DNA of 64,000 nucleotides, from the IMG/VR virus record IMGVR_UViG_3300044818_000015, positions 26,045 to 90,044 of that record; one strand, 5' to 3'. Each line of letters opens with the position of its first letter. The stretch's first letter is position 1. The stretch is from a virus. Below the pieces are notes generated by a model, which was not told where the DNA came from, did not search any database, and saw only the letters and a program-made list of their open reading frames with translations. The translations under genes were made by a program, and so were the position numbers. Shown one piece after another: positions 25,301 to 30,734 of this stretch.

Positions 25301-26948
25301 TCGCCGCGCCCTGCGGCGTGTACAAAAAATCGACGATGCCGGGAATCCCCTTGCTCGCGTGGAAGAGGAATTCCGCCGTCTTGGCTGGCGCCGGCAGCTT
25401 CCCGCGGGTCACGTCCCATGGCTCGCCGAGCGTGCCCTCAATCAGCCTCTTGGCCGACTGCCAGGCAAGGTCCCAGATGTCTGTCAGTGTGCCGCCGCCT
25501 AGCGCTTTAATCGCGTGCGTGGTGGCAATCGTTTTCGCGCCGTCGACTACGGCGCTGGCGCGCTCCTGGATAGTCTTCGGTAGCTGGTTGGGTGGGGGCG
25601 TCGATTGGATGCCCTTCTGGAGATTGGATGCTTCGTCTTCGAGCGCTTGCGCTGTCGAGATATCTTCCTGCCGCAAGGGCCGGGTAGCGCGTAGCTGCGC
25701 GGCTTGCTGCTTCAGTTGATCGATCCGCGCTCCCGCTTCCGCTGGACGGTAGCCAGCCGGGGCGCTCTGCGCGGCCTGGTTCGCCTGCTGGATTTGAAGG
25801 CTCTGGAGTCCCGCCTTCAGCGTCTCGTCCCGCTTGAACGCCTCAACTTGCGCCTTATAGACGCCGATCTCGTCGTTGACCTTCGCTTCGAGCGCCTGCT
25901 GCTCCTGGATCTTAGCGTTGTGCGCGTCAATCTCTCCCTGGTCGATGGCTCCGCTACTGCCCGGGCCCGGCATGGTCCGCATGTCGATCTGCTGGCGCTC
26001 AGCATCGAGCTCCTGCCGCTTCGCGTTGGCGAAGGCAATCAGTTTGTCGACGTTCTGGCCGCGGAGCGTGAGCGTGCCGCGGCTGAGGACTTGGCTCTCA
26101 GGTGCGGCTGGCGCCGCAGTCGTCTCGTCCGGCGGGGATTCCTTTAGATCGTCGTCCAGTTCCTCATCGAGCGTTTTTCTCGTAGGGGGCCGGGGAATGA
26201 CGTTTCCGGCGCTATCGACGGGCGCGGGCTTGCCCTCGTCGTCAACGTACTGGCCGGTTGGCAGGCCTTTTGCCTTGGCTGCCAGTGCTTGCGGAAGATC
26301 GAAGGCGCGATAGGTGTAGCCCGTTTCGTCCGGCGGTCCGACGCTCTTCTCGTCGTAGACGTTGGGCTCGAACAGATGATCAAGGCCATCGGAAACGGCC
26401 GGTGCCGAAGCTGCGGGCTTCGTTGCCGCCGGCGCTGCGCCACCGAACAGATCATCGAGGCCGTCTCCTGCCGGTTTTCCCGCGCTGAAGGGAATTTTGC
26501 TGGTGCCTTCGGCGTGGGATACCGCCTGCGCCAGGTCGTCCAGCCGGTCCTTATAAGTGCCGATCGGCGTAGTAACCGGAACCTTGAGCTTGGATGCAAC
26601 GTTCTTAGCCCAATCCTCCGGCCGGTTGTTCCCGTCGCCCGCTGGCGCCCACACCTTACCCAGATCGAGCAAGGTGCTGTCACCGTTCAGCTTGTGCCGG
26701 GTGTTCCCCGAGATCTTGGCCGATAAGTCAGAGCGCAGAGCTTCCCACCCCGCTTCCGGCGTGTCGTAGCTGCCTATCGAGGTGGGCGTGTCGCGGATGT
26801 TGCCGGGATTGTTCCGGCCCGTAGGCGCAGATATCGCGGGAGCGGTAGGCGCGGTGGCCACCGGGGCAGGATTCGGAGCTGCGGGTTTTGGGAAGAGATC
26901 GTCCAGGCCGTCGCCGGCCTGTTGATCCTCGGGGAGATAGTTTGGCAA
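7323..26948 (-). CDS. giant polyvalent (DarB-like) protein, 6541 aa, at the ejection-protein position
   Basis: N to C: lysozyme-like NNPGNIR domain (~26500-26820); J-domain with HPD (24201-24209); 2H phosphoesterase with two HVT motifs (23625-23633, 23391-23399); ddrB/ParB-like domain (~20500-21600); PBECR-type nuclease (~19265-19620); adenine MTase (VLEPSAGNG, NPPF; ~17600-18480); Strawberry-notch SF2 helicase (GDGTGVGKG, WDESH, QMLGRTHR; ~14800-17100); LPD-like domain (~11000-12700); HExxH (10671-10685). Confidence 0.9.
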   Translation of the reverse strand: MPNYLPEDQQAGDGLDDLFPKPAAPNPAPVATAPTAPAISAPTGRNNPGNIRDTPTSIGSYDTPEAGWEALRSDLSAKISGNTRHKLNGDSTLLDLGKVWAPAGDGNNRPEDWAKNVASKLKVPVTTPIGTYKDRLDDLAQAVSHAEGTSKIPFSAGKPAGDGLDDLFGGAAPAATKPAASAPAVSDGLDHLFEPNVYDEKSVGPPDETGYTYRAFDLPQALAAKAKGLPTGQYVDDEGKPAPVDSAGNVIPRPPTRKTLDEELDDDLKESPPDETTAAPAAPESQVLSRGTLTLRGQNVDKLIAFANAKRQELDAERQQIDMRTMPGPGSSGAIDQGEIDAHNAKIQEQQALEAKVNDEIGVYKAQVEAFKRDETLKAGLQSLQIQQANQAAQSAPAGYRPAEAGARIDQLKQQAAQLRATRPLRQEDISTAQALEDEASNLQKGIQSTPPPNQLPKTIQERASAVVDGAKTIATTHAIKALGGGTLTDIWDLAWQSAKRLIEGTLGEPWDVTRGKLPAPAKTAEFLFHASKGIPGIVDFLYTPQGAATIAGLRLPGIPDSVRAGVDAYFATTMAKDLPEVYERFKQDPSPATAGDLVGHAAMTLLPFVHAAGPEYREKVLTAIEKKLGDIFNFKFKPGEAEKIVDEPPPDSGDPGSHGTGPNRFRNFYSDWRNKNYKQTAQGTWEDTAGNTFTDEALHAEYNQRFGTHGRSEQRGGAPDPEFNAWRDKFYEQHGTEDRWQSKDRTNGNEFDEESLFEKFKREGGGGPKKPPPDDGYKPGPYETWRDNLYKKNAQGMWEDPASGHQYTDERMWQMYEETTAARDGTKKPPPDQSADASARRRAEYEAKLKREREESEARQKRQREEDDARRQRRPRGSPEFSQDQARDILGVDRNATFEEVRAAYRKAAMASHPDRNPGVDPAIFRRNQAAYSILEKEFQRTGKRDVPPKPPKPDDVPPKPPKPDDVPPKPPKPDDGADDVPPKPAAAAPEATPESIARDRVAMARHGKPYESLDNALRADVDAAMARPAAGKPKPAPEEKAAPVSNDDTAPQTHDYSSTQVNMPEDIADAVRKFGAAIPDEHLHVEAGEKTGGDASDGREKEIHVTVKYGNPSADPTPIQEILKGQGPITVTFGKTSIFKGTDGGPDVLKVDVDSPELHELNKLVGDAVDHTGNTFPTYKPHVTIAYLKPGTHRELYDGSIIRNVTGRTITLDSLTFSGKDGKIVEIPLTGKPAAEAQPSSGDVPPLQNETPAPEEKPELSQVSNVAEQPQSATPAILPHALQGAAPRYSYGPKQFTLEFENDLDKAAYIAAQKTPSKHDQKYVDFVAQHTGLKEAEIRTGGVAVRDSIKGIAKDAKPGVIQVPSHDHLWKAAVKPKPPAPPKKQTLPPQHPLADKKPVEAGVSEEEQEAIDAAAAAIAKKRGTPAPASGDAPPAEAPQHAPEEVPERVKQSVKLSLNALQKIADSLKHAREADAQFAGQGRYEWETWENISDRDKRIEEAQAKLAEFRKRATAKKIDHAAVIAELGGIPEFEPSAKGREWGGQKKPAAEGKHAWELPYRELADLLNHSRDTTARHNALADTYGDYNNPGNDFAQMIQGELRDPERYGAARVPTTELSRRHEAAIRKAMNVGETIPPEVLADYPDLKKPAGIHDFAVGQHVLVSIPGEKPDRPAVVKMVDLKRFANTKTRDGIRVKFDDDDVEATVYWERIRPATTTEAAGPTATSEEGSIQEKPPADKTPIVEEPSDETRSARGQRGDEGESLPEPPPTGRKEIKGERTQIRVKGRALPYEAYYSIREIDDVRPSHDPFTFEEDPDYPYVNGRDYSDELNRARPIQNSLPAFFDEAYLINDNPDAINGPSVIEDVGNALGGNNRLITLKRAYKIPELAKRYQERLRKRAPMFGIDPAGIDGFKKPGLFRVIADDTIDKQRAIADLNKVPTAKLSTAEQATEDARSITPELAKYLASVLESFGPDDSLNDIMNSKMGPSIVNRLISEGIFTEEERPVLFDSTSGAVTKAAKERVAKLVMGSLFEDSDQFKRIAPALRNKLERIAPLLRIIEARPDWTLSPDVRQATALIEYEADYKKAHGFDANSQLAKDQPEMFGSQRPETTPRAEHLAGILRKDSGTAIAKMVRAYVERSTAESFFEQPDPVEEFAKAFGAPKTGPVAPAPVTEDLTTAEKIPISKKHTANLEDQLQKEHRAKNEAELALANIIDSLFEKQKQWELTLSSDSAGARADARAEIRGDIAIAESILEDAAAAGEENKQFLRGQISDLKALASGKPAEPEISDEEQEAVDAAAAAIAAKRGTARATTADMEKRFPIGGRVTFNGPGGTAHSGEVLRIDNHGDQEPAFTLAVRDSGKVVTVDASTATPAPKSKFPPNHPSAPKKAAPPAKANPLADAGKEARDRMKALLEEDDKPQYSRRTDQPEMGSHGPILRQFHHDAKGAISWLLEHETGDAVAALYHPDPRLGDVDIIWGKSGTPEKDFEDGEGVAKLVAKGRTAILAELPEFFPKMQVDEKRSGANRIRLFDDRHKAAVRLDYDGKAKKWLLTVYEDEPPALTTRIRVGEAPKGPGPTPPGTSGQVPLPSGRTTSVPGTPRKGSGETPSPNSGAPDSNIAPEDGEVNSKPDKPQYSRTEGANGTTPPDPRIKQARIDLATVGAEHMLDGVTDEAAWLARMNEDVGPVIQWYAKKTGQTPEDALRQVHRLAVAVAKINGKTVEPMKPPAEKPASGDQQPVQADKPMPVVNKGDVVVFDSPQGIHKGNVVAIYGSSGEIEVRIPATDKPARSVYIKPADIRKINGVSTSAPEPEPAAHPAQALIDAVYDKLKSGGSLGNVVEFNKLAELHLGGSRASGDWTPKDAFDAMEAGINKLLLERGKALMEMDPIAALKDLRELLGRVTTQSVRTDEQLANQQFSTPPTESYVVARVGGILPTDVVLEPSAGNGGIAIWPKAIGAEVHVNEVSERRAQMMELIGFNKPTAHDGELINALLDPAIRPTVVLMNPPFSASAIKSHEATNRAIYGLNHVDQALQRLLPNGRLVVILGGGRADDTNGGANLTTGPSGKWFERIAAQYNVRANIRIAGKEYQKYGTTFSTRIIVIDKNGATPSQVKPGAVKTWDSVLQGNVETLEEAYNLLRDVAADRPQIEPVPRGGNGPRPGKSGTGLGADPGNDDAVPPGVHPGGRGTGRAGKPAGKPGGSGSQHAGVQAGAGDKLPGGVQPGTESAGHPETPAAERPESRPPDSNDERPSTLTLGPNLEEVPQPEAEADNGPFVPYRPSIAGPAHPGDIVETRTMATVKPPPISYKPSLPPSVLENGRLSAVQMEAIAFAGQQNSIVLPGGHYASALIGDGTGVGKGRISAGILWDNYLQGRKRLIWVSEKWDLMDAAIHDFRNIGADALTRGISIEDGKNVMGENPAVQAFSKFGYGKKIEHDGVLFSTYALLTGKNKTGQRRIDQMEAYLRGDDDGEGAYILWDESHNLKSAVAAQGGSESQRGVAAKELLARMPKLRTVSLSATAATDVINLGYLDRLGQWGPGTAFPQGFGEFQSQIGPGGIAAMELIARSLKAQGKYLARTLSYKGVTYETETHKLSKEQKDLYRTATQAWASVIQHAEATIANTTNGGRQQRGNFMSAFGGAQQRFFGLLITALKTPTAVELANKALAEGKSVVITLVNTNEAAQNREKAKQRDEDEDPDDLPEYDFGPKEALVNMVLTSYPTQQYADDVDSSGNPIKVPVYRNDEQGRKIPVVNPAAVEARDALIAKLNRDLHMPENPLDILINSLGGDKHVAEITGRKEKYDRSIGKFVPRGDPKASKKEINLFEMRAFQGGKKRVAVLSSAGGTGISLHAGNDVANQQKRYHITLQTGWSADKAQQMLGRTHRTNQKQPPEYVFLISDLAGEQRFVSTIQRRLGSLGALTKGQKNAAAGSAMGENANIETEQGRAATNSFYTQLLRNQPVPGTGLSGLQVLTDLRVIKLGSSGPEIPPADMTNVTKLLNRLMALDPDIQNATYRYFFNIFNAAVEQAIAAGTLDTGVKTLPGDEIEVKEQRLLAKDPKTGAETYYYPVDAKNKTERVSPEELDERLLQHEKRHAAIARNEKGVLYLVIDAPPTVHADGNVEPSSYTAKPERGRWLKVTQAELRGKGLKEVDTWAKEELSKAQDALKGAERDLERDQAQLKRDEDNNRTSRVRDAESDLSYAQGRADEAAAPDFEYFARTRREEALERAKTALAKAKAYEMPADSWQRKRVDASTKEVEAQRAPLAAAEAIAKDPQQWAKDIWKERYDAAPTHTTTHHHLIGGEVMRFWNPIRDAAFIRNSIYTTADSKTAERVVGIDIPESRIRALLDRISGGKSTVDAKQLHDDVLRNNLTYTLEGNTQVRRGIIGRIQVIQLFPPNQDVARNLLTLGALSEKGITPVYYIPRKYDGDGPNTTGAILDRILEAYPVKPDEAPPDAPQFSRQAPEVLARYTNHEDGLESVVTRHPNGYAVTLRDLDAEQTLPTVTIYPTLERARAKAHEIAGQASLVDRVAEASSQAETQSAADRLLGAQLTAQVKSGMAARPAKLKPAKDRGSDSLFGDQGQEPEQAPLFSRQPKAADKPQYSRVLQDPRARLTDQLRSAKALMERATIPGERAAAAAAVKRLEQSLAELSPAAAQTGQQRAEKVIASRAEFNNAQHRRVDEFVKERDRAFQAFQKSQADRPFDDDSTAAAQAFYEADAAAWKAFHAEQAERFKDTPQYSRKTPGFYSQLERAIAAKMKGPAVPGQLLAMLRNPQSGVKADELKWTGLDTWLEERKGPVTREQVLAFVKANEVQVEEVVKGGGAELEPTAWKEELPDWIADTPEGRYTITPNKGYDGFSLTSTHGSLGEFDSIAAAKDAVEAERIEIDLDQGPARESVAKYGGYVTPGGENYRELLLTLPGAKSETYTDANGMERTRQTAGTYRSSHWSEPNVLAHVRFGDRWTSADGTPYTPPEKILHVYELQSDWHQEGKKKGYQGGQWDALRNQAEAYLNSVDLGLSPYTFGWLFERPGDTNAQASKAAQASKAKRLEALREHFGEEWIDKANTLSTVHKNDSGVPPAPFAKTWHELAFKRMLRYAAENGYDRLAWDTGETHADRYDLSQQLESIWAKPAKGGTFDLTVDAKGGETIYDTGRTGPVTAEGLEDIVGKEMAQRIVAGEGEKSDFGDPAARTFTGLDLKVGGEGMKGFYDKILVDYAKKYGKKWDAKVGTTQINKPSIAGDLFIDEQDGGAAGQMFSVLDSQDTLSEPVREFETRAQAEAFVARVATDNPGALQPLHSIDITPAMVDSVMQGQPLFARTPDGETSDPGALRITVQPGKLITNQANVTAIGQVWGDPALDGMRLHPRHVVRAVKALMPTHPALALALEKAGANEQSVLLVNGSAGLQRAAATLRHEKWHLSIDQLEGHLGEHEQELLDHPFAQDAAVQLRLKGYPENEIAAEIGTHLVGGQYEELGLTRPQAVELGTHYFTLLTKQHGAKAVEQAITNLAPMMKEAVLRAGINAETERRSGTPQGELPQGADSGETGPQSSRGSHGGNHAAGGSRGQAALLLQDGPAFARRRKALNEPASYQSKTGALKNKLVRNLSQLEKVSHPAHAAAVQTATSRAQTVALMRAAAPRVEAALGKNGPSWLNFRRSLIESRLRGLRGRWDNMAEGAAQSTNDDLPAFLASVMHALQAIHEESIGVPIQSPALTAAALLERGDMDGLRAFLVDTFERAAARVARMMPETEYQDITQHAGFAGGLKVYKTLVEDAVRENHEENEGVLSNALGPLDTYYPLVRLDEEQPNAKGRWGRAVPYRKPPNIANYFATGHGEFYDAGMEALADRLRQAFRANNKGALIQALEDNKLGRKLGRGESLPDSIAIRSKDYKAVKVEVKPDRQIVTPGQGSVFVPAQHMVTAAWLEEELRPILDKNNLNLSDPASLIGKITQFTLAGPLDAVIHSANLIGTLVANTPFLGTSLAGKIAGGNPFTKRAAAIFHLINTNPTTEESVQDIIDMAKLGVVPEKYGSMASSWFKKSREYAAQMGADVEPTLGGEIKRALRETAEDFAAMVLRQPGPAKRDVEASLGFGPFLYGPKGIDIRARLVMYRAAKALYPQATTKDLYLVVNQLGNYTRALQGSIERAAKESGWSPFYTAGSTMARNGVNAWTGRGPMPKGGAGLRALQAITGGAVGLIALWIAMHEAMRGDPPWKDPHSKLLAVRLTDKQRATWLAQQLWGPPSNGDAYIDIGFFSPLVKRGARALGISGAFDAYKAGGSTDQLMDAAVAGAFNAAAHPLLGPPFSAAWVGLSGTEPYVTGWRDDRGKFNPQLMKAVETQKPGMAGWAKAHALAPLVTMNGFLENVGEATGLTKGLMPHGDDPANHWLRMAVDLATPQLFSRPGDALNHAEFLARQRSSAANADRVKVKNQITSLVRDDKIDEANELIGKQIAAGVISPNDVKLALKRAKVPKNVAGFESLDMMSALDIMDITTPEERILFTPILNKKIRTAWPKLPLNQQQEVIEQMNRLSGQ
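10172..10372 (-). CDS. nested +1-frame small protein (66 aa) inside the giant gene
   Basis: GTG start with AAGAGG 9 nt upstream; MPELTPKQNEDLERLKANYRKGL... is helical while the host frame is G/S/R-rich linker. Confidence 0.55.
   Translation of the reverse strand: MPELTPKQNEDLERLKANYRKGLTAARQGPKALAEAMEEIMPPEDPEDKPHFFYKTDRPLPGAAKP
17165..17512 (-). CDS. nested +1-frame helical protein inside the giant gene
   Basis: MSQPIARK...ELAWAQILAMMMQCRQEYTRAAEELAERANL...; TACAAT 10 nt upstream of ATG 17512; alternative ATG 17464 has GAGG SD; host frame is G/P-rich linker. Confidence 0.55.
   Translation of the reverse strand: MSQPIARKSSLSREAVMALGPVSPELAWAQILAMMMQCRQEYTRAAEELAERANLPESLEDLVVSMREFKPVLAINYLVESNPELSLRDIPKLPPLNVLKAVLRTQMTNDRLLSH
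19054..19082 (+). promoter_or_regulatory. antisense sigma70-like promoter inside the giant gene
   Basis: TTGACT (19054-19059), 17 nt, GATATT (19077-19082), pointing toward the nuclease-coding region. Confidence 0.45.
21542..21700 (-). CDS. nested +1-frame small protein (52 aa) inside the giant gene
   Basis: MKHVQPEDSVETKENRFLNRLQQAEKRLKANGRKFVSREEPSPTKPITPSEK; GAGGAG SD 7 nt upstream; TATAGT at 21720-21715. Confidence 0.55.
   Translation of the reverse strand: MKHVQPEDSVETKENRFLNRLQQAEKRLKANGRKFVSREEPSPTKPITPSEK
23990..24110 (-). repeat. coding tandem repeat DVPPKPPKPD x3 plus partial copy
   Basis: 30-nt near-identical units just after the J-domain. Confidence 0.85.
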
Positions 26949-26957
26949 TGGAGTGGC

Positions 26958-28424
26958 TTACAGGGTTCCTGCGGCGCGCGCGGCTTTGACGGCCGCTTCC
27001 GCTTCCGGACCATCGGCTTTGAATCCGCGGCTGACTGCGCCTTGACGGATCTGGGCCTCGGTGTACTTCTTGGTTGCCGGCGGCGGATCTGCGGCGGGTT
27101 TTGCAACTTGCGCGCCACGGCCGCCGCCGTTAGGGGGAGTGGCCCCTATCTTGGTCAGCTTCCCGTCGGCTCCTACGCTGAGGCCGGGTGCCCCGCTGGT
27201 ACCGCTGTTGGCGAGCTTATAGTTACGCAGGTCCCCGCCCTTGATAGCGCGCAGGGCTTTCAGCACCCCACCGCGGTTATCACCGATCGGATGATTCTCG
27301 TAATAGTCGGTGTTGGCGACGTTCTTGATCGCGTCGTCCACGCCCGCCCCACCGTTTGCGTTGCTTTCGGCAACGGCTTGGTAGGCGAGAGCCAGGTCCT
27401 CGTTGGCGCGCTGGGGAACCGTCTCGTGCTTCTTGGCCCGCTCGGCGGCGTCCTCTCTGAGTTTCAGGCTCTTAGCGCGGTCTTCTTCCGATTGCTTGGT
27501 GCGCCGTCGCGTTTCTGCGTCCATGGCCGCGGTCCGGTCGGCAGCTTCGATCTGCGCGGCGGTCATGCCCATTCGATTGAGGCTCTGCATCGCAGCCGGG
27601 TTCACCTTGCCGGCGGCGTCAAACGGTGGAGCGCCGAACGAGTCCGGCGGCAGTTCGCTGTCATTGATGATCTGGTTCCACTGATTCAGCTCGGTCACGC
27701 CGCGCAATTTGCCGCGGGTTTGATCGATCTTGGCCTGCTGCAGGGCGAGCTTCGCCTTCTCGGCCGTGGCCGTCTCCGCCGCCAGCTTGGCGTCGGCGGC
27801 GAGTGAGGCGTGCGTATTCAGCTCGTTGCGCATCGCGGTGACGCCCTCGCGGCCAGGGAATTCCCCGAATGTCTTCAGGGCTTGCGCGTGTTCGTCGTTG
27901 CTGGTCAGATTGTCCCGGTTAAACCCCTCGAGGATCTTCGGCCAGCGGGCTTTCAGCTCGTCGTCCGTCAGGTCTAAGGCCGAAGTCAGCCGGTCCCGCA
28001 TGGCGCCGTTCTTCTGCGCCGTGGCGTTGAATTTCTTCACCCCCAGGTCGACGTCGGCTTCATTCTGTTTGGTCAGCGCGAGCGCGTGATCGTCCAGGCC
28101 CTTGCGGACTCGCGCGATTCCCCGCGTCGACATCCCATTCTGGGTAGCCAGATCCAGGAACTTCTTCGGATCTCCCTGCGCAATCTTGAATTGGGTGTTG
28201 CCGATCTCCTCGTCCTTCTGGTCCTGCTGCATCTCCGCGGCCTTCATGCTGGCTTCCTGCGCCTGCGCCTGGTGTTGCTGGAGAATCAACGGATTGAGCT
28301 GGGCCTGCTGTTGCTGCTGCGCCTTCATGTTCTGCAGGGACATCATCTGTCCATACATTTGCATGGGGTCGTTGAGCTGCTGAGTAGGATGTCCAGCTTG
28401 TAGTGGGATAGAAGCGTCGATCAT
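26958..28424 (-). CDS. DNA ejection protein (P22 gp20 position)
   Basis: MIDASIPLQ N-terminus, Q/A-rich coiled coil, synteny. Confidence 0.65.
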   Translation of the reverse strand: MIDASIPLQAGHPTQQLNDPMQMYGQMMSLQNMKAQQQQQAQLNPLILQQHQAQAQEASMKAAEMQQDQKDEEIGNTQFKIAQGDPKKFLDLATQNGMSTRGIARVRKGLDDHALALTKQNEADVDLGVKKFNATAQKNGAMRDRLTSALDLTDDELKARWPKILEGFNRDNLTSNDEHAQALKTFGEFPGREGVTAMRNELNTHASLAADAKLAAETATAEKAKLALQQAKIDQTRGKLRGVTELNQWNQIINDSELPPDSFGAPPFDAAGKVNPAAMQSLNRMGMTAAQIEAADRTAAMDAETRRRTKQSEEDRAKSLKLREDAAERAKKHETVPQRANEDLALAYQAVAESNANGGAGVDDAIKNVANTDYYENHPIGDNRGGVLKALRAIKGGDLRNYKLANSGTSGAPGLSVGADGKLTKIGATPPNGGGRGAQVAKPAADPPPATKKYTEAQIRQGAVSRGFKADGPEAEAAVKAARAAGTL

Positions 28425-28512
28425 AAAAAGAACCTTTTTCTTCGGGCACGTCTTGAGCGGGATTCCCGGGGAAGTTGCTCGCCGGACGTGAGTTTCCGGT
28501 AGAACTTAAAGG

Positions 28513-28749
28513 ATGGCGAACAGATTTCTCACGCCCGATGAGGCCGCAGAAGGATTACTGCGGGATCTCCGCGAGTTGGGCGAGAAGATCAGCATGAGGG
28601 CTGGCGTTTCAGAGGAGGATGGCCAGTTCTGGGTGGCTTACGAGTTCCAGACTCGCGTCGGGCGCTTCCCCCACAATCCCCAGTCCGACGACGGACAGCG
28701 CTTCGAACGGATCAGCGAAGAGATTCGTAAAGCGGGTGGACGGATCTAG
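28513..28749 (+). CDS. hypothetical protein, antisense to the virion operon
   Basis: Fills the intergenic gap exactly; protein-like composition. Confidence 0.7.
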   Translation: MANRFLTPDEAAEGLLRDLRELGEKISMRAGVSEEDGQFWVAYEFQTRVGRFPHNPQSDDGQRFERISEEIRKAGGRI

Positions 28750-29694
28750 TTATGACTCCGGATCGCCGAACGATTGGAATGCGGGATTCGACCATCCTCC
28801 GCCGCTCCCGCCCGGTTTGGTGCGGCCCATTTTCGAGAGCCCATAAAGCATCGCGCTGTTGCCGACGCCGTTCAGCGCGCCGCCCCAGGCATTCGCCGCG
28901 CCCACCGTACCCGCTGCCTGCGAGTTGCCGACGCCGGTGATCAGGTCCGCGTCTTTCCCGGCACCCTGCATTTGGGCGTTGCCGATATACTCGTTGCCCT
29001 GCATGGCGGTATTCGTCTTCAGGCCAGCCGCCTGCATGTTGGTATTCACGCCCATGCCGGCGAGCGACGTCAGCTCTCCGCCGTAGATGCCGCCCGCCTG
29101 GAGATTCTGCGCGTTGGCCGTCTGGCCCATATTGGCGAGCGATTGATAGCCGGCCCGGTTGGTGTCGAACGTGGAAAGAGCGCGGGCGTACGCATCCTTA
29201 TAACTGGTCCCAGCGAGTCCCTGCGAGTAGCCCTCCATGGCTTTCAGCGTGGCGCCCGATTGCAGCATTCCGCGCGAGGCGGCCGAGCTTTGCAGCGCCT
29301 TCAATCCCTGAGCCAGTTGGAACTGGTAACCCGGCTCGCTCTCGAGGTCCTTCGGGTTGAAGCTGAAGTCACCCTGCGACTTCATCTTGTCCAGGCCGTA
29401 CGTCCCCGATTCCGCGTAGGGAGTCAGGCCCGCCTTCATGTCGGCGTAGACGCCTTTTTGCGCCGTGCCGGCATCGCCGATGTATTTGGTGGCAGCTCCG
29501 GTACCGGCGTCGACGGCGTTATTCGCCTGCTCGATGCCGGCGTATCCCCGCTCCACCGCGGCGCCGGTCGCGTAGTCAACCTTCTTCTGCGCGGCTTCCC
29601 CGGCGATCCTCTGCTGTTCCGCGGCTTTCCTCGCGGAGCTCGATCCGATGAGGCCCCCGATCAAAGAAGTTCCGGCCGCGGCTAATATCGGCAT
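28750..29694 (-). CDS. DNA ejection/pilot protein (P22 gp7-like)
   Basis: G/A-rich; PGYQFQLAQG..A...SAASRG.L.SGATLKA...Y.Q motif. Confidence 0.8.
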   Translation of the reverse strand: MPILAAAGTSLIGGLIGSSSARKAAEQQRIAGEAAQKKVDYATGAAVERGYAGIEQANNAVDAGTGAATKYIGDAGTAQKGVYADMKAGLTPYAESGTYGLDKMKSQGDFSFNPKDLESEPGYQFQLAQGLKALQSSAASRGMLQSGATLKAMEGYSQGLAGTSYKDAYARALSTFDTNRAGYQSLANMGQTANAQNLQAGGIYGGELTSLAGMGVNTNMQAAGLKTNTAMQGNEYIGNAQMQGAGKDADLITGVGNSQAAGTVGAANAWGGALNGVGNSAMLYGLSKMGRTKPGGSGGGWSNPAFQSFGDPES

Positions 29695-29696
29695 GT

Positions 29697-30167
29697 TTAT
29701 GTGACCATCGGCTTACTCGCACCCAGTAGTATCTGGTCCTGGAGTTTGCCGTCCTTTTTATAACTCTTGAGGTTTCTTCCGTACGCCTTGAGTCCCGCAC
29801 GTAACCCGAATCTGTGCGCGATCGCGTTCGATTCGACGACGCTCGTCACGGCGCGAACGCACGGCGTGTGTTTCCAGAGCCATCCGTGCGGCCCGAGCAG
29901 CTCGTGCATCGCCGTCAGCGCCCGCCGGTCGAGCGCCATCACGGTATGGAACGCCCAGGTGATCGTGTTGCCGTTGTCCGGCGCGAACATCCAGAAGCCG
30001 AGGAGTACTCCTCCATCGCGCGCCAGGATGTACCAGACGGCCGCGTTCTCAATCACGGCTGCATCCTCGATCGAGGCCGAGAAGTCATCGCCCAGGAACG
30101 GGAACAGCCCGGGATTGCGCACCAGCTCGTTCAACATTCCGTATTCGAAGGTGCGTTCGAAGGTCAT
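29697..30167 (-). CDS. GNAT-fold protein (P22 gp14/DUF2824-like)
   Basis: N..A.RF..RAGL...G....SY.KDG.L.DQ.LLG; TGATG overlap; synteny. Confidence 0.75.
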   Translation of the reverse strand: MTFERTFEYGMLNELVRNPGLFPFLGDDFSASIEDAAVIENAAVWYILARDGGVLLGFWMFAPDNGNTITWAFHTVMALDRRALTAMHELLGPHGWLWKHTPCVRAVTSVVESNAIAHRFGLRAGLKAYGRNLKSYKKDGKLQDQILLGASKPMVT

Positions 30168-30733
30168 CAGTAGAGATCGATCTGGCAGTTGAGGTTCAGA
30201 TGGGTTGTGCCCACTGCCGCGCCATAGAGCCGCAAGTCTCCGGTGGTGTACAAGAAAAGCATCGCTGCGCCCCACGTATTGGACCCGCTGCTGTAGGTCG
30301 CGATGCGGCCCACCAGGGAGATATCCGCGCGGAAGTAGCCTGCGGGCATCGTGCAGAGCACTATCGCGTCGGTAATGACACCACCCGAGAGCTGCCCGCG
30401 CAGGTGCAGCTTGTCAGGCGTCGACTCTTTGGAATAGACTTGGGCGCCATAGGTGGGTACGTTTGCCGATGCCCATCCGTTTTGCGGCGCAGGCAGGGCG
30501 ATCCACGCTGGCACCACAGCGCCACCGGATGCTATCACTGCCGGCGCGTCCTCAAGCGCGGTCACTGCCGCGTCCAGCTTCCCGATCGCGCGCAGGGTGC
30601 CTTTCCAGAAGTCGTACCAAACCCGGTTCACGCCTCCCAGCCTGGAGATCATGCCGGCGGATTCGTCGCTGCCGTCTCCGTCGAACATCGCCGAGCGGAT
30701 CGGGACTTCATTATGGCGGTCGGGATTAACCAC
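30167..30733 (-). CDS. tail needle/fiber-like protein
   Basis: Short coiled segment, then LHLRGQLSGG...LCTMPAGYF fiber-type domain; follows gp10-like gene. Confidence 0.55.
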   Translation of the reverse strand: MVNPDRHNEVPIRSAMFDGDGSDESAGMISRLGGVNRVWYDFWKGTLRAIGKLDAAVTALEDAPAVIASGGAVVPAWIALPAPQNGWASANVPTYGAQVYSKESTPDKLHLRGQLSGGVITDAIVLCTMPAGYFRADISLVGRIATYSSGSNTWGAAMLFLYTTGDLRLYGAAVGTTHLNLNCQIDLY

Positions 30734-30734
30734 C